This document shows, piece after piece, positions 1 through 7,079 of a stretch of DNA of 16,558 nt. How positions within the stretch are numbered: position 1 is the first letter of the stretch; each line of letters starts with the position of its first letter. This DNA is from Oscillatoria sp. Prado101 (GTDB taxonomy: Bacteria > Cyanobacteriota > Cyanobacteriia > Cyanobacteriales > Oscillatoriaceae), in the NCBI GenBank assembly GCA_025454445.1, contig JALOOK010000018.1, positions 1 to 16,558 on the forward strand. Reading direction: 5' to 3'. Both the position numbers and the translations under genes were made by a program. The notes beneath the pieces are model-generated. The model ran no database searches. It saw nothing but the letters and a program-made list of their open reading frames with translations, and was not told the origin of the DNA.

Positions 1-119
1 TTCTTATCTTCAGGAGCTACAGCCTAGAAGAAATGAGGGAAAAAATCTTTACCGACAAATACCTCCTGACTTCCAGTGAGCTGAACGTCCTCAACCTGAT
101 TCTCTCCAAAGAAAAGTAG
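1..119 (+). CDS. Possible 3' end of a plus-strand gene entering from the left. The open frame from the window edge reads ...LIFRSYSLEEMREKIFTDKYLLTSSELNVLNLILSKEK* with stop TAG at 117-119.
   Basis: No in-frame stop between window start and 119 in frame 3. The frame ends exactly where the hairpin-repeat array begins, which fits a convergent arrangement with the 261-2414 gene. I do not recognise the protein. Confidence 0.25.
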   Translation, partial: LIFRSYSLEEMREKIFTDKYLLTSSELNVLNLILSKEK

Positions 120-246
120 AAAAGTAGGGTGGGGAACGCGAAGCGTAACCCACCCCCTAAAGAAAAGTAGGGTGGGGAACGCGACAGCGTAACCCACCCC
201 CCTAAAGAAAAGTAGGGTGGGGAACGCGACAGCGTAACCCACCCCA
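111..246. repeat. Tandem array of three copies of a ~43-45-bp unit, GAAAAGTAGGGTGGGGAACGCGACAGCGTAACCCACCCCCCTAAA. Each unit can fold as a hairpin with a GGGTGGG/CCCACCC stem and an inner ACGC/GCGT stem around a GACA loop.
   Basis: Read directly. Unit starts (GTAGGGTGGGG) are at 124, 167 and 212. The first copy has GAAGCG instead of GACAGCG. There are no unique spacers between units. The array lies between the stop of the minus-strand gene at 261 and the putative plus-strand stop at 119. Confidence 0.85.
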
Positions 247-260
247 CTCAGCTACTCAGC

Positions 261-2414
261 TTAAATTTGACCGCAGCGCTGATTGGCGGATACAGCTTCC
301 TGCATCTTTTTGGGATAGGGCAGATTGAGATTATTCATTAGCTCGATGAACTGGCTGCGATTGCGCCCCGCCAACCGGGAATTCCAGCACTTTTCTTCCC
401 CAATAGTAGACACTGTTCGCCCCTGATAATCGTGACAGGGATACACCAAAGTGTCATCCGGTAACGTGAATAACTTCTGCGTTACCGCATCATACAGCAC
501 ACCGGCATTGCCATTCTGAAAGTCAGTACGACCGCAACCCCGGATCAGCAGCGCATCGCCGGTTAACAGGTAAATGCCGTCGATAAGATAAGCATTATGG
601 CTGTCAGTATGACCCGGAGTGGCAATAGCGCGGATCTGTACGCTTCCCAGTTGCAAAATCTTCCCATCCGCCAGATAGTCATCCGCACAAGTCACCTCAG
701 TATTTTCCGGCAAAATAGCCAGACAGCCCGTAAGTGTCCTCAGCTTGTCTGTGCCGGTGATGTGGTCGGCATGGATGTGGGTTTCCAGGCAATAGTGCAG
801 AGTTAGATCCAACTCTCGCAATAGCTGGAGATCGCGTTCCACTTGTTCCAACACAGAATCGACTAGGATGGCTGCTTTGGTTGAGCAATCGGCAATCAGG
901 TAAGTGTAGGTACTCGATTCTTTATCGAAAAGTTGACGCAATAGCATAGTAGATTTATGCAACGCAAACGATAGATTTCCAGTACAGCAATCCCCCGCAA
1001 CAGGTGTATCGGGTTTGGGACTGAGGGATTTCAGCAGCTCCTGCGCAAGAGTTGCAGCCTGAACCCGAATTTCGGGAACGGCTGTAGTTTCCCAAAGATT
1101 GCCCTTGCGGGGTGTCCCCAAAGTATACAGCAGTTCCGATACCTTTCCGTCTGCATCGATTAGAGCACCGTTTGGGGCTGTGTCAATTCCGATTGACAGC
1201 TCGTTGAAGCGGATCAGCTTTTGTTCTTGCAAGCTGGCGAGCAACGGGTGCTGCAATTTGCGATAGTTAGAGTTTGAGCCGGTGCAGTTCAGAATCCGGC
1301 TGACCAACAGCACTTTCTCTGTCTGCGTCCCCCGTTCCAGAATCGTCACAGCCACCCGATTTTCCAACTCGCGACAGCTTTGAATCCGACCGGCATAAGG
1401 GTTCAGTTGACCGGACTGCACTGTCGCATCCAGCAGCAGCGCTATTTCTTCAGCAATGCGATGCCGGCATACTTCCCAGTAAGCCTTGACGTGGCGCAAA
1501 AATCGCTTTTGTTCCTGCAGTGGAAGCGCTTGCCAAACTTGTTGAGTCACTGGGCGGAGCGCGTCGATTACCGCACGCCAGTCGTGCCCTTGCGCCACCG
1601 CCGCTCGCACTTCTCGGCGCACCAGATGAAGGATTTCTCGCGAAGTTTTTGGTGCGGAATATGCGTTAATAAATGCCGGATAAGGACTTGTTTTCTTGTG
1701 ACCGGCAGGCATCAAACCGTGACGCGAGACGGCATATATTTTTCCCTGAAATCCTTTTTGGTGCAAGGCAGCGACCGCATCGGCCATCGTCAAGCCGGTG
1801 CCCACCACCAAAATAGAATCGTCTGGATTCAGACCGGCAACCGCATCAGCTTCCCAGCCATCTCTCACATAGCGAGCGCAGTTCTCCAGACCGGCAAGCG
1901 GTTCAGGCAGGGATGCTGGGAAATTTCCCAGCGCTAGCACAGCCTTTTGAACGCACAAACACTCACCGCTGCTAAGATAAACCCTGATGTCGGTTCCTGT
2001 CGTTTCCAGGGCAACCGCTTCACCCACAATCCGCTGCAACCGCACACCAGCTTGAGCGTTTGTTTCCGCTTCCTTCAGCAGTGCCCGCACGTAATCCCCA
2101 TAAACCTGGCGCGGGACGAAAGAGGATGCTGTACTTTCAGCATACCCGTTGCTTTGCAACCAGTTCAGGAAGTGAGCCGGTTCGTCCGCAAACGCACTCA
2201 TCTTCCCCGCCGGCACGTTAAGCAAATGGCAGGATATTTCCGTCCCGTAAGCCACTCCTCTGCCTACTTCCGGACTCCGCTCAATCAACTTAATCCCCAC
2301 CGGCACGGTTGCATTCCGCAAAAGATTTGCTGCAACCAGACAACCGCTAAAGCCGCCTCCAATGATAGCAATATCACCCGGAGGAATCGTCATGTTTTTG
2401 CCGCCGTCGTTCAT
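261..2414 (-). CDS. Fusion protein. N-terminal ~480 aa is a FAD/NAD(P)-binding (Rossmann GGGFSG) oxidoreductase-like domain. C-terminal ~230 aa is an ETHE1/Blh-type persulfide (sulfur) dioxygenase of the metallo-beta-lactamase fold.
   Basis: The N-terminus reads IAIIGGGFSGCLVAANLL, a dinucleotide-binding motif. The C-terminal half carries the HxHxDH metal motif (THIHADHITG) and aligns well with ETHE1-type persulfide dioxygenases (I am comparing against human ETHE1 from memory, not a search): GDALLIRGCGRTDFQNGNAGVLYDAV...LPDDTLVYPCHDYQGRTVSTIGEEK...FIELMNNLNLPYPKKMQEAVSANQRCG. The true start may be the internal Met at residue 8 (MTIPPGD...). Confidence 0.85.
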   Translation of the reverse strand: MNDGGKNMTIPPGDIAIIGGGFSGCLVAANLLRNATVPVGIKLIERSPEVGRGVAYGTEISCHLLNVPAGKMSAFADEPAHFLNWLQSNGYAESTASSFVPRQVYGDYVRALLKEAETNAQAGVRLQRIVGEAVALETTGTDIRVYLSSGECLCVQKAVLALGNFPASLPEPLAGLENCARYVRDGWEADAVAGLNPDDSILVVGTGLTMADAVAALHQKGFQGKIYAVSRHGLMPAGHKKTSPYPAFINAYSAPKTSREILHLVRREVRAAVAQGHDWRAVIDALRPVTQQVWQALPLQEQKRFLRHVKAYWEVCRHRIAEEIALLLDATVQSGQLNPYAGRIQSCRELENRVAVTILERGTQTEKVLLVSRILNCTGSNSNYRKLQHPLLASLQEQKLIRFNELSIGIDTAPNGALIDADGKVSELLYTLGTPRKGNLWETTAVPEIRVQAATLAQELLKSLSPKPDTPVAGDCCTGNLSFALHKSTMLLRQLFDKESSTYTYLIADCSTKAAILVDSVLEQVERDLQLLRELDLTLHYCLETHIHADHITGTDKLRTLTGCLAILPENTEVTCADDYLADGKILQLGSVQIRAIATPGHTDSHNAYLIDGIYLLTGDALLIRGCGRTDFQNGNAGVLYDAVTQKLFTLPDDTLVYPCHDYQGRTVSTIGEEKCWNSRLAGRNRSQFIELMNNLNLPYPKKMQEAVSANQRCGQI

Positions 2415-2654
2415 ATATCTTTCCTTAGAAAGCGCTACATCGATTTTTTCGTTTCCGTCTTTCCTCTCCCTTTCCCCGTGCGATTTGTAGACTCACCAGA
2501 AGAATCGATAATAAGACCTGTTTCTTGCCGCCGTTAGCCCAGTTAGTAAATTAAAACGAAAGCAACGCACGTGAAAACCCAGGAATTGAACGATCCAATC
2601 CCCACATAGAAAGAGCGAGTATTTTAAACTTGCAAAAGTTAACAGACTTATTTC

Positions 2655-2700
2655 CTAGTTCCTAGGCTCCCTTACGGGAAGCCTGCTGCTACAGCCTAGG
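2655..2700. promoter_or_regulatory. Inverted repeat GTTCCTAGGCT ... AGCCTAGGAAC (11-bp stem, ~25-nt loop that contains a small CCC-TTAC-GGG hairpin). It lies in the 280-bp gap upstream of the dioxygenase-fusion gene and overlaps the 3' end of the upstream YeeE gene.
   Basis: Read directly from the sequence. Its function is unknown. It could be a transcript 3' hairpin or an operator. Confidence 0.3.
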
Positions 2701-3187
2701 AACGAGAATCTGGAGGCGCAGCCTCGAATTGAAAATTGTGCGAGGTGTCTGTTTTATCCAATCCCCCCCCCTCAAACCGAGTCGAGAACCATTTGTAAGT
2801 CAGCGAACCGGCAATCATCGCGATTACAAACAACACGGGATTCCAGATGCCCAGCACCAGCGCCGTGAGGGCCGGTCCGGGGCAGTAGCCAGCAATTCCC
2901 CAACCGGCACCGAAAATAACCGCACCCAAAATCAATTTTCTGTCGATGGTTTTCCGAGCCGGCAATTCAAACTTTTCCGCATAAAATGGGTGCGGGAGAC
3001 GCAACACGAAACGGAACGCAATCACCGTCACCCCAACCGCCCCGCCCAGCACAAACAGCAGCGTCGGGTCCCAAGCGCCGGTGACATCCAAGAAACCGAG
3101 AACCCGCTCGCGGTCAATCATCTGGGAAAAACCCAAACCCAGACCAAACAGCACACCAGAAATCAAAGCTACCAGATTTTGTTTCAT
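2696..3187 (-). CDS. YeeE/YedE-family (Sulf_transp / DUF395-type) membrane protein, half-size. Predicted thiosulfate/sulfur-compound transporter subunit.
   Basis: 163 aa, multi-pass hydrophobic, with a GxxxG-rich segment GAVIFGAGWGIAGYCPGPAL typical of YeeE/YedE half-transporters. It is paired with a second half-size paralog immediately upstream. Confidence 0.75.
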   Translation of the reverse strand: MKQNLVALISGVLFGLGLGFSQMIDRERVLGFLDVTGAWDPTLLFVLGGAVGVTVIAFRFVLRLPHPFYAEKFELPARKTIDRKLILGAVIFGAGWGIAGYCPGPALTALVLGIWNPVLFVIAMIAGSLTYKWFSTRFEGGGLDKTDTSHNFQFEAAPPDSRS

Positions 3188-3213
3188 ATTTTCACCCTTA
3201 AATATTGTTGCTG

Positions 3214-3246
3214 AGAAACCCGGTTTCTTAAAGAAACCGGGTTTCT
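3214..3246. promoter_or_regulatory. Perfect 33-nt palindrome AGAAACCCGGTTTCTT-A-AAGAAACCGGGTTTCT between the two YeeE-family cistrons.
   Basis: The reverse complement of the left 16-mer equals the right 16-mer exactly. No T-run follows on the coding (minus) strand, so it is unlikely to be a simple intrinsic terminator. It could be an intercistronic RNA hairpin or a dimeric regulator site. Confidence 0.5.
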
Positions 3247-3299
3247 GGGGCTCACTTCATCCAACTGAACACCGCTATATTCTCGCCTCTGGCTCTTTC

Positions 3300-3728
3300 T
3301 CATGTTGACAAAAAAAGCACATGGCGAGTCACGAAAACCGTGACGATCGCAGTGCCCAAAAAAGTGAGAACAGCCACCAGCGAGCGAAGCGAAAGTCTGC
3401 CCAGCCCACACACCCCATGTCCGCTGGTGCAGCCGTTGCCCATGCGCGTCCCGAAACCAACCAGAAAGCCGCCGGCAATCATCGCCCAAGGAGCGAACTT
3501 AGATGCCGGTGTCGGAGAGGGCGCGAGGACATATTCATAGAGTGCGCCCCCCGCCAGCAGTCCGCCCAGAAAAAGCCAGCGCCAGACAACGCCTGACGCT
3601 AAATTGAGGGCGCTGTTGAGCGTGCCACTAATCCCAGCAATCCGACCGTTGAATGCCAGCAGGACAGTCGCACTCGTGCCGATCAGCAAACCGCCCAGCA
3701 AGCCGGTCTCCCAGTTAAACTCTATCAT
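3300..3728 (-). CDS. YeeE/YedE-family membrane protein (half-size) carrying the conserved cysteine motif GNGCTSGHGVCG.
   Basis: 142 aa, hydrophobic. The GCTSGHGVCG motif matches the conserved cysteine-containing loop of YeeE/TsuA-type thiosulfate transporters. Its start lies 18 nt after the cysE stop, so it is probably in an operon with cysE. Confidence 0.8.
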   Translation of the reverse strand: MIEFNWETGLLGGLLIGTSATVLLAFNGRIAGISGTLNSALNLASGVVWRWLFLGGLLAGGALYEYVLAPSPTPASKFAPWAMIAGGFLVGFGTRMGNGCTSGHGVCGLGRLSLRSLVAVLTFLGTAIVTVFVTRHVLFLST

Positions 3729-3746
3729 TTGAACCCTCTGGAATCC

Positions 3747-4622
3747 CTAAATTCCAGCCCCATCGAGAAAGTCTTCAATCACCCCATTAGAATAGCACTT
3801 TTCGCTCTCCGTTTTTTCGCTAACCACCTGCACCGGGGGCGCATTGAATCCAGCTTGCAACTGGACAACCTGTTTCTCAAGCTCCTTGACCCGTTCAAAT
3901 AAAGCGCGAATCACCTCAGCTTCCACATCCCGCAGGTTGTTATGCTCCAGAGCATCAGCCCTCAACCCATTCAGACGAGTGATGCGCCCCGGAACCCCCA
4001 CCACCGTACTGTTGCTCGGCACATCCCGCAGCACAACCGACCCCGCACCGATGCGAACGTTATCGCTAATCTTAATATTGCCCAGTACCTTCGCCCCCGC
4101 TCCCACAACGACATTATTCCCCAGCGTCGGATGGCGCTTGCCCTTTTCCTTTCCCGTCCCCCCCAGAGTCGCTCCCTGATAAATTAGCACATAGTCGCCG
4201 ACAATAGCAGTCTCGCCGATCACCACTCCCATCCCGTGGTCGATAAACACCCCTTTGCCAATTTTAGCACCCGGGTGAATCTCAATACCCGTGAATAACC
4301 GGCTCAAGAAAGACAGGAAACGAGGCAGAAAAGGAATGCCCATACCGTGCAGCAAGTGCGCTACACGATGGCACCACAGAGCGTGCAATCCCGGGTAGCA
4401 AAACAGCACCTCCAGCCAGTTGCGGGCAGCTGGATCGCGCTGATAAATCGTTTGCCAATCAGCGATTAAAACACCGATAGGGTTAGCTTTGACTGGGCGA
4501 AAACTCTCTCCTCGGGAGGAGGCGTCAGGATACTTGGCTGTCTGGCTGTTTTGGGCTACTTCTGTCGGGTTTTGAGCGTTTTCGATCAGCACGTTTCGAT
4601 TACCTCCAGTAAATCCGTCCAC
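3747..4622 (-). CDS. cysE: Serine O-acetyltransferase (CysE), left-handed beta-helix hexapeptide-repeat acyltransferase.
   Basis: Contains [32 protein letters not shown]...[46 protein letters not shown]...[30 protein letters not shown], which are the canonical SAT N-terminal and hexapeptide motifs. The N-terminus may be shorter than the maximal ORF. Confidence 0.85.
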   Translation of the reverse strand: MDGFTGGNRNVLIENAQNPTEVAQNSQTAKYPDASSRGESFRPVKANPIGVLIADWQTIYQRDPAARNWLEVLFCYPGLHALWCHRVAHLLHGMGIPFLPRFLSFLSRLFTGIEIHPGAKIGKGVFIDHGMGVVIGETAIVGDYVLIYQGATLGGTGKEKGKRHPTLGNNVVVGAGAKVLGNIKISDNVRIGAGSVVLRDVPSNSTVVGVPGRITRLNGLRADALEHNNLRDVEAEVIRALFERVKELEKQVVQLQAGFNAPPVQVVSEKTESEKCYSNGVIEDFLDGAGI

Positions 4623-4905
4623 TTACCTTACTTACTAATGCTCCCTTGGAGCTTGCCCTGCCTTGAGGAAAAGCGGGACAATATCGTGTCCGTTCGTTCC
4701 CGATTTTCTATATCTGTAGGGGCGGGTTCGCCCGAAATATGTGTGACACAGAGAAGGGTTCTAATAAACCCGCCCCTCCCATAAAACAGCGCTACGAGCG
4801 GACTCGAACAGTAGGCCGGCATAATTAAGCCTAACATGGGTCTTCCCAGAAACCTGGTTTCTTGATGTTCTCTTTATTTCTGCTAACAAAGCTCCGAGGC
4901 AGCAG

Positions 4906-4930
4906 CTCCCCCTCTCCCCTTGTGGGCTAC
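4906..4930. repeat. Degenerate or partial copy of the C-rich/G-rich stem-loop dispersed repeat (CTCCCCCTCTCCCCTTGTGGGCTAC).
   Basis: Shares CCCTCTCCCC-TTGTGGG with the full copies at 4987 and 5075. Confidence 0.5.
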
Positions 4931-4986
4931 TGCTTATACACAAATCCCTCTGATCCCAATTTTCCATGAAGTTGGAAGAACCTCTT

Positions 4987-5036
4987 TCTCCCCCCTCTCC
5001 CCCTTGTGGGAGAGGGGGGTTGGGGGGGGTGAGGGG
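4987..5036. repeat. Full copy of the dispersed stem-loop repeat: CCCCCTCTCCC - CCTTGT - GGGAGAGGGGG, followed by the GTTGGGGGGGGTGAGGGG tail.
   Basis: 11-bp perfect stem read directly. The G-run tail has G-quadruplex-forming potential. Confidence 0.8.
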
Positions 5037-5074
5037 CTTTTCCTGTGGTCACATAGCCAAGATGTGTATAAACG

Positions 5075-5129
5075 GCAGCCCCTTGTGGGAGAGGGGTTGG
5101 GGGGGTGAGGGGACATTTATCATGTCCCC
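5075..5129. repeat. Second copy of the dispersed repeat (CCCCTTGTGGGAGAGGGGTTGGGGGGGTGAGGGG), fused to an 8-bp perfect hairpin GGGGACAT-TTATC-ATGTCCCC at 5109-5129.
   Basis: Read directly. It lies 19 nt from the 3' end of the cysteine desulfurase gene. Confidence 0.75.
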
Positions 5130-5147
5130 TTGTGCGGACAATTCCAG

Positions 5148-7079
5148 CTAACGGAAGCGAATAGTCCGCAGGACTTCTACTAGGGTGTCGATTTCCTGAC
5201 AAGTGTTGTAAAAAGCCAGCGAAGGACGAACCGTACCCGTCAGATTATACCGCTGCATCGTCGGTTGAGCGCAGTGATGACCGGCACGCACCGCAATCCC
5301 TTCTCGGGCGAGGCGCTGCCCAACTTGTTCCACAGGGATGTCATCCAAAATAAACGACACCACGCTTACTTTGTGAGGTGCAGTACCAATTAGACGCAAC
5401 CCCGGAATCTGCGCGAGGCGTTTTATTGCATACTCGGTGAGTTGGTGCTCGTACCGTTCGATATTGCTCATCCCCAGGCGCGTGATATAGTCGATCGCCG
5501 CACCCAGTCCAACCGCATCAGCAATATTGGGCGTTCCCGCTTCAAATTTTGCCGGTGGTTCGCTGTAAATAGTTCTCTCGAACGTCACATGGCGAATCAT
5601 GCTTCCGCCACCCTGCCAAGGAGGCATATCCTCCAGGATTTCCCGTTTGGCGTACAGGACACCAATTCCCGTAGGCGCAAAGAGTTTGTGACCAGAAAAG
5701 GTGTAAAAATCGCAGCCGATCTCTTGAACATTAACCGGCATGTGAGAAACCGCCTGAGCCCCGTCAACCAGGACAACTGCGCCGTGCCGGTGGGCTATTT
5801 CCGTCATTTCCCGCACCGGCACAATTGTTCCGAGAGCGTTAGAAACCTGCGTGATGCCAACAAGGCGAGTGCGCGGACCCAAGAGTCGGGCGTATTCCTC
5901 TTGCATTATTTCGCCGCTATCGGTGACAGGAATAACCTTTAAAATTGCCCCCGTCTCTTGCGCCAGCATCTGCCACGGAACAATATTGGCGTGGTGTTCC
6001 AGCGTCGAGAGAACAATTTCATCTCCGGGCTGAATGTACTTGCGACCCCAGGTTTGCGCCACCAGATTAATCGCTTCTGTGGTTCCCCGCGCGAAGATAA
6101 TTTCCGACGCCGAACTCGCACCCAGAAACCGCTGCACCTTTTCCCGCGCTCCCTCATAAGCATCCGTCGCCCGCGCCGCCAGAGTGTGAGCGCCCCGGTG
6201 AATGTTGGAGTTGTCTCGCTGGTAGAACAGCGACAGAGCATCGATAACGCTTTGCGGCTTTTGAGTTGTGGCGGCGTTATCCAGCCAAATCAGCGGTTTG
6301 CCGTTGACTTTCTGGTGCAAAATCGGAAAGTCTTTGCGGATGGCGCTGACATCAAAGATTGCCCCCGACTCTAACCCCAGGTTTTCCACCGCAGGGGGAG
6401 ACAGGAAATAGAACGACGGCTGAGGTGTTTCCCGCACCGGCGAATGGCTCGCTTGCGCTCCCGCATCCGCGAAAGCCCTTTGCAAATCCGGCTCGCTGAG
6501 CGGGAAAATAGAAGTTGGCCTTGGAGGCGCGGGAATCGAATTGCCCGGAATTCCGCTGGGGGAAATCTGAGGAATCTGGGCGTACATCTGTTGTGCAACC
6601 TCTTTCAAAGCTTCCACATTCAAGGCATCGCTGGAAGCGGAAGTTGTTGGCAGCGCAACAGCCGTTTCGCGGGAATGTGATCCAGGTTCCAGCTGTGCGA
6701 ATGCCTGAAACAGGTTTGCCTCCAGATTTGCGGTCAACATCTGCGACCGCAACTGTTTGGCCATTGCGGTCAATGCGTCCTCGCTGCCGGCTGATGCCGG
6801 TGCGGAGTGCCCAACTAAGTTCCCAACTAATGCCACCCCACTCATGCCAGAACTATTGATTTCAGACGGCGGAACAGTCCCGATAGTTTCCACTGCCGGC
6901 TGGGTGCCGGCTGGGGCTGCCACACCGCTGCCATTTGGCACAGCGGTATAAAACTGATTCGCGAGCGATTCTACAGACAGCGGGTCAAAGATCGCACTGT
7001 CGCCGGTGGGAGGTAATGGCACATCTTGAGGCGGGTGATGTCCGTTTTTACCGTTATGCGCTGGCATATTGATAGTCAT
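5148..7079 (-). CDS. Class II (SufS/CsdA-like) PLP-dependent cysteine desulfurase with a ~230-aa disordered, Pro/Ser/Ala/Gly-rich N-terminal extension. Predicted encapsulin cargo.
   Basis: The catalytic domain spans roughly 5148-6373, and the low-complexity N-terminal region (no recognisable fold) spans 6374-7079. The domain matches SufS-type enzymes, including the active-site region RAGHHCAQP, the PLP-lysine region FYTFSGHKLFAPTGIGVLY, and TLEHHANIVPWQ. The gene overlaps the upstream shell gene by 26 nt. This architecture matches cysteine desulfurase cargo of Family 2 encapsulins as described in Synechococcus elongatus SrpI/CyD. Confidence 0.85.
   Translation of the reverse strand: MTINMPAHNGKNGHHPPQDVPLPPTGDSAIFDPLSVESLANQFYTAVPNGSGVAAPAGTQPAVETIGTVPPSEINSSGMSGVALVGNLVGHSAPASAGSEDALTAMAKQLRSQMLTANLEANLFQAFAQLEPGSHSRETAVALPTTSASSDALNVEALKEVAQQMYAQIPQISPSGIPGNSIPAPPRPTSIFPLSEPDLQRAFADAGAQASHSPVRETPQPSFYFLSPPAVENLGLESGAIFDVSAIRKDFPILHQKVNGKPLIWLDNAATTQKPQSVIDALSLFYQRDNSNIHRGAHTLAARATDAYEGAREKVQRFLGASSASEIIFARGTTEAINLVAQTWGRKYIQPGDEIVLSTLEHHANIVPWQMLAQETGAILKVIPVTDSGEIMQEEYARLLGPRTRLVGITQVSNALGTIVPVREMTEIAHRHGAVVLVDGAQAVSHMPVNVQEIGCDFYTFSGHKLFAPTGIGVLYAKREILEDMPPWQGGGSMIRHVTFERTIYSEPPAKFEAGTPNIADAVGLGAAIDYITRLGMSNIERYEHQLTEYAIKRLAQIPGLRLIGTAPHKVSVVSFILDDIPVEQVGQRLAREGIAVRAGHHCAQPTMQRYNLTGTVRPSLAFYNTCQEIDTLVEVLRTIRFR

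Noticed and set aside
16-27. 12-mer GCTACAGCCTAG shared between 16-27 and 2683-2694
   Set aside because: In a 16.5-kb window several 12-mer coincidences are expected by chance. No extended similarity around it.
111-246. Possibility that the repeat arrays (111-246, 9037-9206) are CRISPR arrays
   Set aside because: Units are directly contiguous with no unique spacers. The repeat period of ~40-45 bp already contains all the sequence. There are no cas genes in the window.
17-247. ORFs 17..247(-) and 24..242(-), and likewise 8928..9221(-) and 8957..9205(-), encoding repetitive AVAFPTLL… peptides
   Set aside because: They are read-through translations of the tandem hairpin-repeat arrays. They have a periodic peptide, no start context, and the same peptide arises at both arrays.
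1380-2537. Plus-strand ORFs 1380..1937 and 1947..2537 antisense to the dioxygenase-fusion gene
   Set aside because: Low-complexity, Arg-rich, with no recognisable domains. Fully overlapped by a well-supported minus-strand CDS.
4780-4830. tRNA-like motif GGACTCGAAC, resembling the reverse complement of a T-loop
   Set aside because: Flanking sequence cannot form a 5-bp T-stem or an acceptor stem, and there is no anticodon arm. Chance similarity.
4927-5202. Short ORFs across the 4900-5150 repeat region (4920..5108, 4927..5202, 4934..5116, 4966..5151)
   Set aside because: Artefacts of translating G/C-rich dispersed repeats (PLSPLWERG…GGEG peptides). No coding signal.
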